DNA from: a virus
Taxonomy: Duplodnaviria; Caudoviricetes
Virus record (IMG/VR): IMGVR_UViG_3300002092_000070
Location: 1-45,774 of that record
DNA: 45,774 nt
Strand: one strand, 5' to 3'
The position numbers and the translations under genes were made by a program. Shown here piece by piece: positions 1-7,842 of the stretch. Positions within the stretch are counted from its first letter, which is position 1, and the number at the start of each line of letters is the position of its first letter. The notes beneath the pieces are model-generated. The model had not been told where the DNA came from. It did no database searches and saw nothing but the letters and a program-made list of their open reading frames with translations.

Positions 1-150
1 CCGGCGGAACCGGAGCATCCGGCGGAACCGGAGCATCCGGCGGAACCGGAGCATCCGGCGGAACCGGAGCATCGGGTGGCACCGGAGCATCGGGTGGCAC
101 TGGAGCATCGGGCGGAACCGGCGGCACCGGTGGCACTGGAGCATCGGGCA
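1..150 (+). repeat. 18-bp tandem repeat (GGCGGAACCGGAGCATCC and variants) encoding GGT-GAS collagen-like triplets
   Basis: Directly visible tandem array, degenerating towards base 150. Confidence 0.95.
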
Positions 151-425
151 ACCCCAGCCCGTTCGCGGACTCGGTGTACGCCCAGCCGGGCCTGACGCTC
201 ATGGTTCATCAGTACGACCGTGCTCCGCTGACCGCAGAGTCGTACCTGACGGCCATCGCCACCCCGTCCTGCTCCGCTGTCGCCGCCGAATTTTTCTCGA
301 ACGAGCGGGCACAAGCTACCGGCGTGCAGAACCCCAGCACGACCCGCGCCGAGATCACCAACAACAACGACGCATACGTCAACTTCTTCGACTCCACGTC
401 CATCAACCGCAACTACACGGGCTAG
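1..425 (+). CDS. 3' end of collagen-like (Gly-X-Y) structural protein, 5'-truncated by the window
   Basis: Frame starting at base 3 reads (GGTGAS)n...GNPSPFADSVYAQPG... and is continuous with ORF 174..425; stop TAG 423-425. Confidence 0.75.
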   Translation, partial: GGTGASGGTGASGGTGASGGTGASGGTGASGGTGASGGTGGTGGTGASGNPSPFADSVYAQPGLTLMVHQYDRAPLTAESYLTAIATPSCSAVAAEFFSNERAQATGVQNPSTTRAEITNNNDAYVNFFDSTSINRNYTG

Positions 426-438
426 GACGCATGCCGTG

Positions 439-471
439 ACCCCCGGTGCCGCCATCATGGGGTGCCGGGGG
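439..471 (+). terminator. GC-rich hairpin without U-tract (possible terminator or processing site)
   Basis: CCCCCGGTGCC...GGTGCCGGGGG stem with G-U pairs between two genes. Confidence 0.45.
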
Positions 472-498
472 GACGACGGCTGACCAGAGGAGGAAGCG

Positions 499-1473
499 GT
501 GTCGACTAACTATCCGGGCGGCGTTGACCAGTTCAACGAGCCGAGCCAGCCGGAGAGCACCGCCCTGTCTCAGGTCGGTGCACAGGCCACGCCGGGCCGC
601 AACCACGTCGAGCACCACCGCGATCTCGGCGACGCGGTGCAGGCACTGCAGTCTTACGCCGCCCAGCGCGGGCACAACCATTCCGGCGACAGCAACGACC
701 CCACCAAGGGCGGCAAGCTGGCCCAGGTCAACACCCACGAGGGTGCCGACACCGACACGGCGGCGACCGCGATCCACCACACCCTGGGAACCGGTGGCTA
801 CCAGGCCGCGCCGGGCAACCACACCCACGACTACGATAGCGGCTCGATCCTCAACGCCCCCTACATCCGGTGCACGTCCTCGACCCGTCCCGCCTCCCCG
901 ACCTCGGGTTTGACGATCTACGAGACCGACACCAACCGGATGCGGGTCTGGAACAACTTCGGCAACGGCGACCGGTGGAACATCCTCCCGACGGCGACGA
1001 TCCCGATTGTCCGGCTGGCCCAATCGTCCAACCAGACGATCTCGTCGTCGGGAACCCTGGTCGAGTGGAACGAAGAGATCGAAGACAATTTCAACTACTT
1101 CAATCCGGCCAGCAAGACCAGCATCGTGGTCGCCGAGCCGGGCCTGTACCAGATCGACGCGGCACTGCAGTGGAGCGTGAACTTCATCCCCGAGATCGCG
1201 ACCGTGGTGTTCTGCGTCAACGGCCAGGAGACGATCCTGCGCAACTCGGGGCTGCAGTCGCGCCCCGGCCTGCTCAGCCTGCTCGGGGTCGTCGTCAACC
1301 CCGACTTCTCCCAGACCCTGGCCATCTCCGGCAAGCTGCGGGTCAATATCGGGGACACGATCTCCATGAAATGCCGGTACGGCGGTTCGGCCATCGGTGG
1401 GGTGATCCAGACCTACTTCGATCTGGCCTCCAGGGTCAAGTCCCGCCTTGAAATGCACTATGTAGGCCCGTAG
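499..1473 (+). CDS. Virion structural protein (324 aa), His-rich N-terminal part, C-terminal beta-sandwich (C1q-like) region
   Basis: GAGGAGG RBS, GC3-biased codons; HxH motifs typical of fibre proteins; 'IVVAEPGLYQIDAALQW' segment. Confidence 0.7.
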   Translation: MSTNYPGGVDQFNEPSQPESTALSQVGAQATPGRNHVEHHRDLGDAVQALQSYAAQRGHNHSGDSNDPTKGGKLAQVNTHEGADTDTAATAIHHTLGTGGYQAAPGNHTHDYDSGSILNAPYIRCTSSTRPASPTSGLTIYETDTNRMRVWNNFGNGDRWNILPTATIPIVRLAQSSNQTISSSGTLVEWNEEIEDNFNYFNPASKTSIVVAEPGLYQIDAALQWSVNFIPEIATVVFCVNGQETILRNSGLQSRPGLLSLLGVVVNPDFSQTLAISGKLRVNIGDTISMKCRYGGSAIGGVIQTYFDLASRVKSRLEMHYVGP

Positions 1474-1495
1474 CCCGAGGAGAGCCATGACAGAA

Positions 1496-1645
1496 TTAGG
1501 CGAGAAGGTGAAAGGCTCCCCGTCGGCGACGCACCAGGTTGCGAGAACACTCTTTACAACGACGCTTCCCGCCGTTGACGTAGGTGTTCTCGGGGCTGTA
1601 CTCGTGGCCGACGGGACAGTCGGGGTAACCGGGAATTTCGCGCAT
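1496..1645 (-). pseudogene. Internally deleted NUMOD4/HNH homing endonuclease remnant (49 aa)
   Basis: Hand translation MREIPGYPDCPVGHEYSPENTYVNGGKRRCKECSRNLVRRRRGAFHLLA*: NUMOD4 start joined to the same C-terminal Zn-finger type as the HNH at 2659; TAGACT -10 box 6 nt before the ATG. Confidence 0.7.
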
Positions 1646-1647
1646 GA

Positions 1648-2652
1648 TTGGAGTCTATAATTACGGAGCCAATTTACGGCCCAGAGGTCTACAGTCAGAA
1701 ACTCATCAGCCAAGCCAAGGCCCGCAAGTTCGTCAGTCAGAACGGGCGCGGGTATCTTTCCATCGGCATCGTCGACCGGGCCAGCAAGGCCGTCGACCCC
1801 GACACGGGCACCATCGCCCTGAAGGTGTGGCTCGACGAGCTGGACAATTCGACCCCCGACCCGCGCGGCACCAAGATCATCGACATCGCCGCCGCCGATA
1901 TCACCCGCGACGACAAGGGCAAGTTCCGCTACGACATCGGCCCCGAGCACACCAACCGCCGGGGTCTGCTGACCGTCGAGTGGAGCTACACCGTGGCCGG
2001 TGTCGACTTCACGTTCCAAGACGACATGCAAATCTTGGAGCAGATGCCCAACTACGAGAACCTCAACGACACGACGAAACTCATGGTCGAGCAGGCCTCG
2101 TGGTTCTTCGCCGACCTGTTCGACTCGACGACCGGCGGGCCGTGGCTGGGCGAGAACTTCCAGACCCACTTCGACTACGACCGGATGGCGTTCCTGCTCC
2201 GGATCGCGACGATGAAGTTTAACGTCATCGGCTACCCGGTCACCCACTACGGGGTCTCGACCGGCGACTCGGCGATCCCGAAGAACTTCCACGACCTGAT
2301 GCTGTGGGGCACCAAGCTCGAAGCGATGCGTCACCTGATCACCAGCTACACCGAGATTCCCGACTTCCGCAATATCGCCACCACCTACACCGACCGGCGC
2401 GACTACATGACCCGCTGGCAGGCGGTACTGCAGGAGGAGAAGCCCGACTACGAGAAGGCCGTCAAGATGAGCAAGCGGAGCCTGCTCAAGCTGGGCCGTG
2501 GCTCGATCCTGGTCGCCGGGGGCATCTACGGCGGCGGTGCACGAGGGATGTACATCCCCGGCCTGTTCACAGCGATGACTAGGTCGATGCGCTTCTACCC
2601 AGCCGCGCCGTCAGTGAGCTGGGGCGCGCAGGCCTTCGGGCAGCCGTGGTGA
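1648..2652 (+). CDS. Probable head-to-tail adaptor/neck protein (334 aa; TTG start uncertain)
   Basis: Long ORF with phage-like codon bias located before the tail genes; function inferred from position. Confidence 0.6.
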   Translation: MESIITEPIYGPEVYSQKLISQAKARKFVSQNGRGYLSIGIVDRASKAVDPDTGTIALKVWLDELDNSTPDPRGTKIIDIAAADITRDDKGKFRYDIGPEHTNRRGLLTVEWSYTVAGVDFTFQDDMQILEQMPNYENLNDTTKLMVEQASWFFADLFDSTTGGPWLGENFQTHFDYDRMAFLLRIATMKFNVIGYPVTHYGVSTGDSAIPKNFHDLMLWGTKLEAMRHLITSYTEIPDFRNIATTYTDRRDYMTRWQAVLQEEKPDYEKAVKMSKRSLLKLGRGSILVAGGIYGGGARGMYIPGLFTAMTRSMRFYPAAPSVSWGAQAFGQPW

Positions 2653-2658
2653 TGACTC

Positions 2659-3204
2659 ATGGCCCGCATTGACCTTCCCAGGAGTTATGCTGTTTTGATG
2701 ACAGAGTGGCGACCAATAGCCGGATACGAAAACCTTTACGAGGTCAGCGATGACGGGCGCGTGCGCTCGCTCCCCAAGACTCGCAACAATCGTCACTACC
2801 CCATGAAGGAACTGAAGCAAGTCGCGAACCGGTTCCAGAACGGTCGGCTGCGGGTCACCCTCACCAAGGACGGCGTGCAGACCCAGCACCGTGTGCACCG
2901 GCTTGTGGCTAGGGCATTTCTGGGAGAAGACCCCCGCCACGTTCTTCATCGCAACGACGACCCGACCGACAACCGGGTGGAAAACCTCTACTACGGCGAC
3001 GACAGAGATAACTCTTTCGACGCTGTCAGGAATGGTCGGCACCCGATGGCGAACCGCACCCACTGCCCCCAGGGACACGAGTACACCCCCGAGAACACGC
3101 ACCTGACCAAGAACGGTGGTCGTCGGGTGTGCCGGGCCTGCCTGCGGATTAAGTCCCAGGCTAGGCGTGACCGCGAGAGGGGAACACATCATGGCCAGGG
3201 TTGA
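2659..3204 (+). CDS. NUMOD4-HNH homing endonuclease (likely start 2698)
   Basis: EWRPIAGYENLYEVSDDGRVRS (NUMOD4), VHRLVARAF...HRNDDPTDNRVENL (HNH), C-terminal CPQGHEY...CRAC Zn finger. Confidence 0.92.
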   Translation: MARIDLPRSYAVLMTEWRPIAGYENLYEVSDDGRVRSLPKTRNNRHYPMKELKQVANRFQNGRLRVTLTKDGVQTQHRVHRLVARAFLGEDPRHVLHRNDDPTDNRVENLYYGDDRDNSFDAVRNGRHPMANRTHCPQGHEYTPENTHLTKNGGRRVCRACLRIKSQARRDRERGTHHGQG

Positions 3205-3787
3205 CCTCGTCGAGCCTTACGCAATTCGACTTGCGAGGGAATCTGTCAGGGATAGTCTACGCTCCCACGGCGAGGAGTGCATCCTGCTGCACATGTACCA
3301 CGCCAACGAGGTGCAGGACATCCAGCCCCGGTGCGCGATCTGCTTCGACGATGTCTACAAGCAGGGCAACCGCTACGACTGCCCACGCTGCTACGGAACC
3401 ACCTTCGACGGCGGTGTCATGCACGCCTACCGGGCCTGGGCGATCTTCACCGACGCAAACGACGCGGAGGTGTTCGGCAAGCGGGGCCTGTGGCACCCCA
3501 TCGCCTCCTCGGTGCAGACCGAGAACAGGCCCGACATGTGGCAGCGCGACTACATCATCCGGGTCGCGAAATGGTCGCAAGATCACCGGGTCGAAGAGGT
3601 CGACTCGATCTATGTCATGAAGCAGGTCGTCAACGAGAGCCTGCGCACCGGGGCGATGCACGCACAGACCGTCTACGACACGATCAGCCAGAGATGTGAT
3701 GTCCAGGCCATTGCCGAAAACATGCCAATCAGCCTATTTCCGGTTAAAGGAGTGAAGTTCGACCGATTCGATGGGAGGCCGAGATGA
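3191..3787 (+). CDS. Probable head closure/neck protein with two CxxC motifs
   Basis: ATG at 3191 after GAGAGGGG; CAIC...CPRCYGT motif; position in head-tail region. Confidence 0.6.
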   Translation: MARVDLVEPYAIRLARESVRDSLRSHGEECILLHMYHANEVQDIQPRCAICFDDVYKQGNRYDCPRCYGTTFDGGVMHAYRAWAIFTDANDAEVFGKRGLWHPIASSVQTENRPDMWQRDYIIRVAKWSQDHRVEEVDSIYVMKQVVNESLRTGAMHAQTVYDTISQRCDVQAIAENMPISLFPVKGVKFDRFDGRPR

Positions 3788-3966
3788 TGGCGACTAAATC
3801 CGCCACCGCCCGCGCCAGCATGGAGCGGGATGTCACCGAGGCCCTGCTTCGGCTGAAACTTGCACGCGCACAACGTGATCGGAAACAGGTCGATCTGTGC
3901 GGGAAAGAATTGGATCGGCTCCTCGACAAGATGGTCAAAGAGCTGGGGATTGGGGCCGAGTCATGA
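3784..3966 (+). CDS. Hypothetical protein (60 aa)
   Basis: Overlapping start/stop coupling with neighbours, GGAGG RBS. Confidence 0.65.
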   Translation: MMATKSATARASMERDVTEALLRLKLARAQRDRKQVDLCGKELDRLLDKMVKELGIGAES

Positions 3967-4367
3967 GGATCATCCGCGCCCGCCAGATGGTGGAGATGCT
4001 GTCCCCCTGGCGTAAGACCGCCGGGTGGGCCGACTGGCAAAACGACGACTCCCCCGGATTCCCAATCGACAAAGCCCATCTGGAAAACGGTCACCGGCTG
4101 TCAGTCGGTCAATCGTTTTTGACTCCAGGCGCGTGGGGATACAACATCTACGGCCCAGCCACCGAAGAAAACGAATGGCCCCAGGTTGCCGAATCCCCGG
4201 TACACAACGTCAACGGCAAAGAGCGGCACGAGAACCTGACCCGTGAGCAGGCCCGTGATGCCGCCGAGAAGCACTACGAGAAGCTCTTCCCCATCGGCAC
4301 CGACACCGGCAGCCACGACTCCGGTGTCGACTACTCCGACCTGAGCAAGTTCATGGGGGAGCTGTGA
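3963..4367 (+). CDS. Hypothetical protein with N-terminal leader MRIIRARQMVEMLSPWRKTA (candidate internal virion protein)
   Basis: ATGA overlap with the upstream stop; leader similar to the gene at 40278-41084. Confidence 0.7.
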   Translation: MRIIRARQMVEMLSPWRKTAGWADWQNDDSPGFPIDKAHLENGHRLSVGQSFLTPGAWGYNIYGPATEENEWPQVAESPVHNVNGKERHENLTREQARDAAEKHYEKLFPIGTDTGSHDSGVDYSDLSKFMGEL

Positions 4368-4819
4368 CCCGTGTCCCGGCACCGGCCCCGCTGGCCGACC
4401 TGATTGCCCGCAAGGCCGTCCAGAACGCCCGCCAGGATTTACGGGGCCGGGGCTGGAAGTCCTCGGGTGCCCTGCAGCCGTTCTCGGACACGGGCAAGGT
4501 CGGTATCTCCTCGACCCTGAAATACCTGCTCAATCAGAACGAAGGCTTCGGGCCGTTCGTCATGTGGTGGGTCAAGAACCGCACCGTCCCGCTGGCCTGC
4601 AAGGTCGGGGACGGGCCGCATTTCCGTAACGGCAAGAACGTCGGCACCGCCGGATACGTGGACATCCCCCATAAGGGCCGGGTGTTCAAGCCGATCCGGT
4701 GGCGGCATCCGGGCCTGAAGCCCAAAAGGTTTATGGAGAAGGCGATCAGCCAGGCCATCAAGGACTCGCGATCCGAGACCCAGAAATCTGTCATGTCCAG
4801 CCTGAAGGGTGAGTCATGA
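4364..4819 (+). CDS. Basic neck/tail-completion protein (HK97 gp10-like)
   Basis: C-terminal RHPGLKPKRFMEKAI motif typical of this family; GTGA overlap. Confidence 0.6.
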   Translation: MTRVPAPAPLADLIARKAVQNARQDLRGRGWKSSGALQPFSDTGKVGISSTLKYLLNQNEGFGPFVMWWVKNRTVPLACKVGDGPHFRNGKNVGTAGYVDIPHKGRVFKPIRWRHPGLKPKRFMEKAISQAIKDSRSETQKSVMSSLKGES

Positions 4820-5568
4820 CCCAGTGGTTCAACGACACCGTCCCCAGCCCCGATGCCGCGAAGAAGCCCAACGCCCCGTTCCCCGGCGCGGGTGGGGCGG
4901 GGATGATCGAGACCGTCAAGCGTGCGGTGATGAACGCCCTCCGCGAGGCACTCTCCGGCACCAGCCTCAACCACCTGGTCAATGGCACCGAGGTGACCAT
5001 CGACATGGAATACCCCATCGAGAAGGAGAGCTACCCCGGCATCTGGGTGCAGTTCTCGTTCAACGAGATCACCCAGGCCGGGATCGGCCACGAGCTGCTG
5101 ATCCGCGAGGTCGTCGCCGAGGCGACCGGCAACACCCCCGAGGTCGTCAACTGGGAGCCGATACGGGAGTTCCAGTTCAAGGGCCGGGTCACGCTGACCA
5201 TCGTCGCCCTGACCTCGCTGGAGCGCGACCGGCTGGCCGACTCGGTGATCACCATGCTCGCCTTCTCCCGGCCCCCGGAGACGGTGATCAACAACGCCAA
5301 CGAGGACACCAAGCAGTTCCGGCAGCTAATCACCAGCCTCTCGGAAAACCCCTATGTGTCGATCAGCATCAACCACGACCAGATCGTGCCCGGTGGCCAG
5401 GCGATGACCACCGGCGTGCCCTGGGACGAGGAGATTCCCGGCTACGAGGACACCTACTCGTTCGACATCCTGGGCCAGACCAACATCGTGTTCAAGCACG
5501 ACGGCACCTACAGCCTGCGGAATATCGTCGAGACCCCGGTGATGGTCACCCGGTACGACTGGCAGTGA
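4816..5568 (+). CDS. Probable tail terminator/sheath stabiliser
   Basis: Immediately upstream of the sheath gene; 250 aa; 'YPGIWVQF' segment. Confidence 0.55.
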   Translation: MTQWFNDTVPSPDAAKKPNAPFPGAGGAGMIETVKRAVMNALREALSGTSLNHLVNGTEVTIDMEYPIEKESYPGIWVQFSFNEITQAGIGHELLIREVVAEATGNTPEVVNWEPIREFQFKGRVTLTIVALTSLERDRLADSVITMLAFSRPPETVINNANEDTKQFRQLITSLSENPYVSISINHDQIVPGGQAMTTGVPWDEEIPGYEDTYSFDILGQTNIVFKHDGTYSLRNIVETPVMVTRYDWQ

Positions 5569-5571
5569 CGA

Positions 5572-5606
5572 CCCTGTGAAGCCGGACTGGCGCACCAAGA
5601 AGACGT
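5572..5606 (+). promoter_or_regulatory. Putative phage late-promoter motif CCCTG-N16-CACC-N2-GAA
   Basis: Same CCCTG-to-GAA/TAA spacing seen at 24426, 36069 and (minus) 41133. Confidence 0.55.
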
Positions 5607-5629
5607 AGAGGGAATGGAAAGGGCCGGTA

Positions 5630-7318
5630 ATGGCAATTGACTTCACCAGGTATCAACCGCCGGGCATCTACACTGAAGATGTCGGGGGGCCGCAGCTGGC
5701 CGTCCGGTCGTCGGTACCTACCGCCGTGGCGATCTTCGGCACCAGCGTCGGCTACCGCACCTTCCGCGAGTCGATCAAGATCAACGCCGACGGCACCGAC
5801 GGCCTGCCCAGCCTGAACGATACCCTGACCAAGACCGGGGTCAAGGTCGTCACCGGCCTCCCCGTGGTGATCGCGGACGGGAACGTCTCGCTGGCCGCGC
5901 CCGGATCGACGATCCACGGTATCGCGACGGCCAGCCCGACCTCGCCCGCCAGCGATGTCTCGGTCTCCAACAACAACCTGGTCTACCTGGGTGCCCAGAC
6001 CGACAGCACCCAGAACGGGCTGTACAAGTTCAAGGGCGCGTCCACCGCACTGGAAGTGGTCGTCGACAGCTTCAAGGTGGTCAACCCCTCCACCGGCACC
6101 GCCTACATCAACGGCCTCGACTACGTCATCATCCGGGTAAGCACCAACAACACCCCCGACAACGACCGCGACGACCTGTACACGATCAAGCGGGTCGAGC
6201 GGGGTGCCGGGGTCGGCATCCAAGAGGGCGATGTCGTCCAGATCAGCTACCGCTACACCGGCGTTGATCGCAAGAGCACCACGCACGGCGACTACTTCGA
6301 TGTTTACGCCTATTACGACTACGACGATGTCCGCGACCACTACGGGGAGCCGTTCGACGCGAACGGTAACATCCAATCCGAGGTCACCTTGGCCTCAAAG
6401 TTCGCGTTCATCAACGGTGCTACGACCGTCTTGACCTGTGCCGTCGACACCGCAGCCCACGTCGCTTTGGCCGACTGCTACCTGGACGCGCTGAACAAGT
6501 TCCGCGACGAGCCGCAGCTGGCCGTCCTCGTCCCGGCGACCGGTCAGAACTATATCTACGAGCTGGTCAAAGAGCACGTCAACGCCCAGTCGAACAACAA
6601 GTACGAGCGTCGCGCGATCCTCGGCATCGACGGCACCGCCAGCGTCGTTGAGACCGCCACCCGGCAAACCTACGCCGAGGGACTCAGCGACGAGCGGATC
6701 GCCCTGATCAGCCCGACCAAGTTCGGTTACTTCGCCCCGGAGCTGAACAAGGAAATCGTTCTCGGTGGCCAGTACATGGCCGCAGCGGTCGCGGGCAAGG
6801 CGGTCTCCCAGATCGCGGCGATGCCTTTGACCCGCAAGACCATCACCGGATTCTCCGGCCCGGCGGAATCGCCGATCCAGCGCGAGGGCGAGAAGAACCT
6901 GGAGTCCCAGAATGGACTCATGGTCGTCGAGAAGACCCCCCGCAACCAGATTCAGGTGCGCCACGGGGTTACCACCAACCCGACCGAACTGCTGACCCGC
7001 GAGTGGTCGATCATCGGCCAGCGCGACGTGATGGTCTACCGCATCCGCGACTACCTGGATGCCGACGGCCTGATCGGCATGCCGATCTACGACACGACCC
7101 TGATCCAGGTCAAGGCCAGCGCGGAGTCGGCCCTACAGTCGCTGATCCGCGACCAGGTCATCGTCGGCTACCAGAACCTCAAGGTTCGCCAGCTGGCCAC
7201 CCTGCCCGACGTGATCGAGGTTCGGTACGAGTGGAAGCCCGCCTACCCGCTCAACTACATCGTTGTTAGATATTCTGTCGCCGTCATGACCGGCGACGTG
7301 ATCCCGTCAACTGGCTAA
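5630..7318 (+). CDS. Contractile tail sheath protein
   Basis: N-terminal YQPPGIYTED motif; C-terminal HGVTT...REWSII and YEWKPAYPLNYIVV; 562 aa; followed by tube gene. Confidence 0.9.
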   Translation: MAIDFTRYQPPGIYTEDVGGPQLAVRSSVPTAVAIFGTSVGYRTFRESIKINADGTDGLPSLNDTLTKTGVKVVTGLPVVIADGNVSLAAPGSTIHGIATASPTSPASDVSVSNNNLVYLGAQTDSTQNGLYKFKGASTALEVVVDSFKVVNPSTGTAYINGLDYVIIRVSTNNTPDNDRDDLYTIKRVERGAGVGIQEGDVVQISYRYTGVDRKSTTHGDYFDVYAYYDYDDVRDHYGEPFDANGNIQSEVTLASKFAFINGATTVLTCAVDTAAHVALADCYLDALNKFRDEPQLAVLVPATGQNYIYELVKEHVNAQSNNKYERRAILGIDGTASVVETATRQTYAEGLSDERIALISPTKFGYFAPELNKEIVLGGQYMAAAVAGKAVSQIAAMPLTRKTITGFSGPAESPIQREGEKNLESQNGLMVVEKTPRNQIQVRHGVTTNPTELLTREWSIIGQRDVMVYRIRDYLDADGLIGMPIYDTTLIQVKASAESALQSLIRDQVIVGYQNLKVRQLATLPDVIEVRYEWKPAYPLNYIVVRYSVAVMTGDVIPSTG

Positions 7319-7366
7319 CTGAATACCAAGTCGCATAAAACATCTAGTTTGAGGAGGTGACCACCG

Positions 7367-7834
7367 GTGGAGTCAAAAACCAGAATTGGTGGAGCCGGGT
7401 TTACCACCATGACCTTCCGGGGCACCCGGTTGGCCTATCTGCAGACCCTGCAGGACACCCCACCCCAGCCGGTGGCCGGTGCCCAGGTCGTGCAGGCCAT
7501 CGACGACTCGACTCCCCAGGAGATCGTCACCTCGCTGGCGGTCGGCGCGGGCACTTTGCGCTGCACCTTCTACGAAATCTGGAACACCCCGGTCTGGGCG
7601 CAGCTGCCCGGCCTGGAGCAGACCAACACCCTGCTTGAAGTTCTCAACCGGCAGCTTCAGATGGGCGAGGTTTCGTGCCGGAAGCTCATCAAATCCCCCT
7701 CGGGAATGATGCGCGCCCGCGTCTACCACGGCTGCGTGCTCACCGACATCGACGAGGGCGAGCAGGTCAACATCGGCACGATGACCCTGCCCAAGACCAT
7801 CACCATGCAGTACATCAAGACCACCATCGTCTAG
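7367..7834 (+). CDS. Tail tube protein
   Basis: 155 aa directly after sheath; 'RVYHGCVLTDI' C-terminal motif typical of myovirus tubes. Confidence 0.8.
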   Translation: MESKTRIGGAGFTTMTFRGTRLAYLQTLQDTPPQPVAGAQVVQAIDDSTPQEIVTSLAVGAGTLRCTFYEIWNTPVWAQLPGLEQTNTLLEVLNRQLQMGEVSCRKLIKSPSGMMRARVYHGCVLTDIDEGEQVNIGTMTLPKTITMQYIKTTIV

Positions 7835-7842
7835 GAGCCGTC

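Noticed and set aside
1496-1668. Possible group I intron or T4 gene 60-type bypass in the neck gene start
   Set aside because: Too short for a group I core, no P7 motifs seen, and no stop codon follows the putative take-off codon; a -1 shift at GGGAATTT meets TGA at 1645-1647
403-2334. 643-aa minus-strand ORF and other long antisense ORFs (e.g. 7831-9807, 13097-14332, 30818-32575)
   Set aside because: Shadow frames of GC3-biased + strand genes; no RBS or motifs
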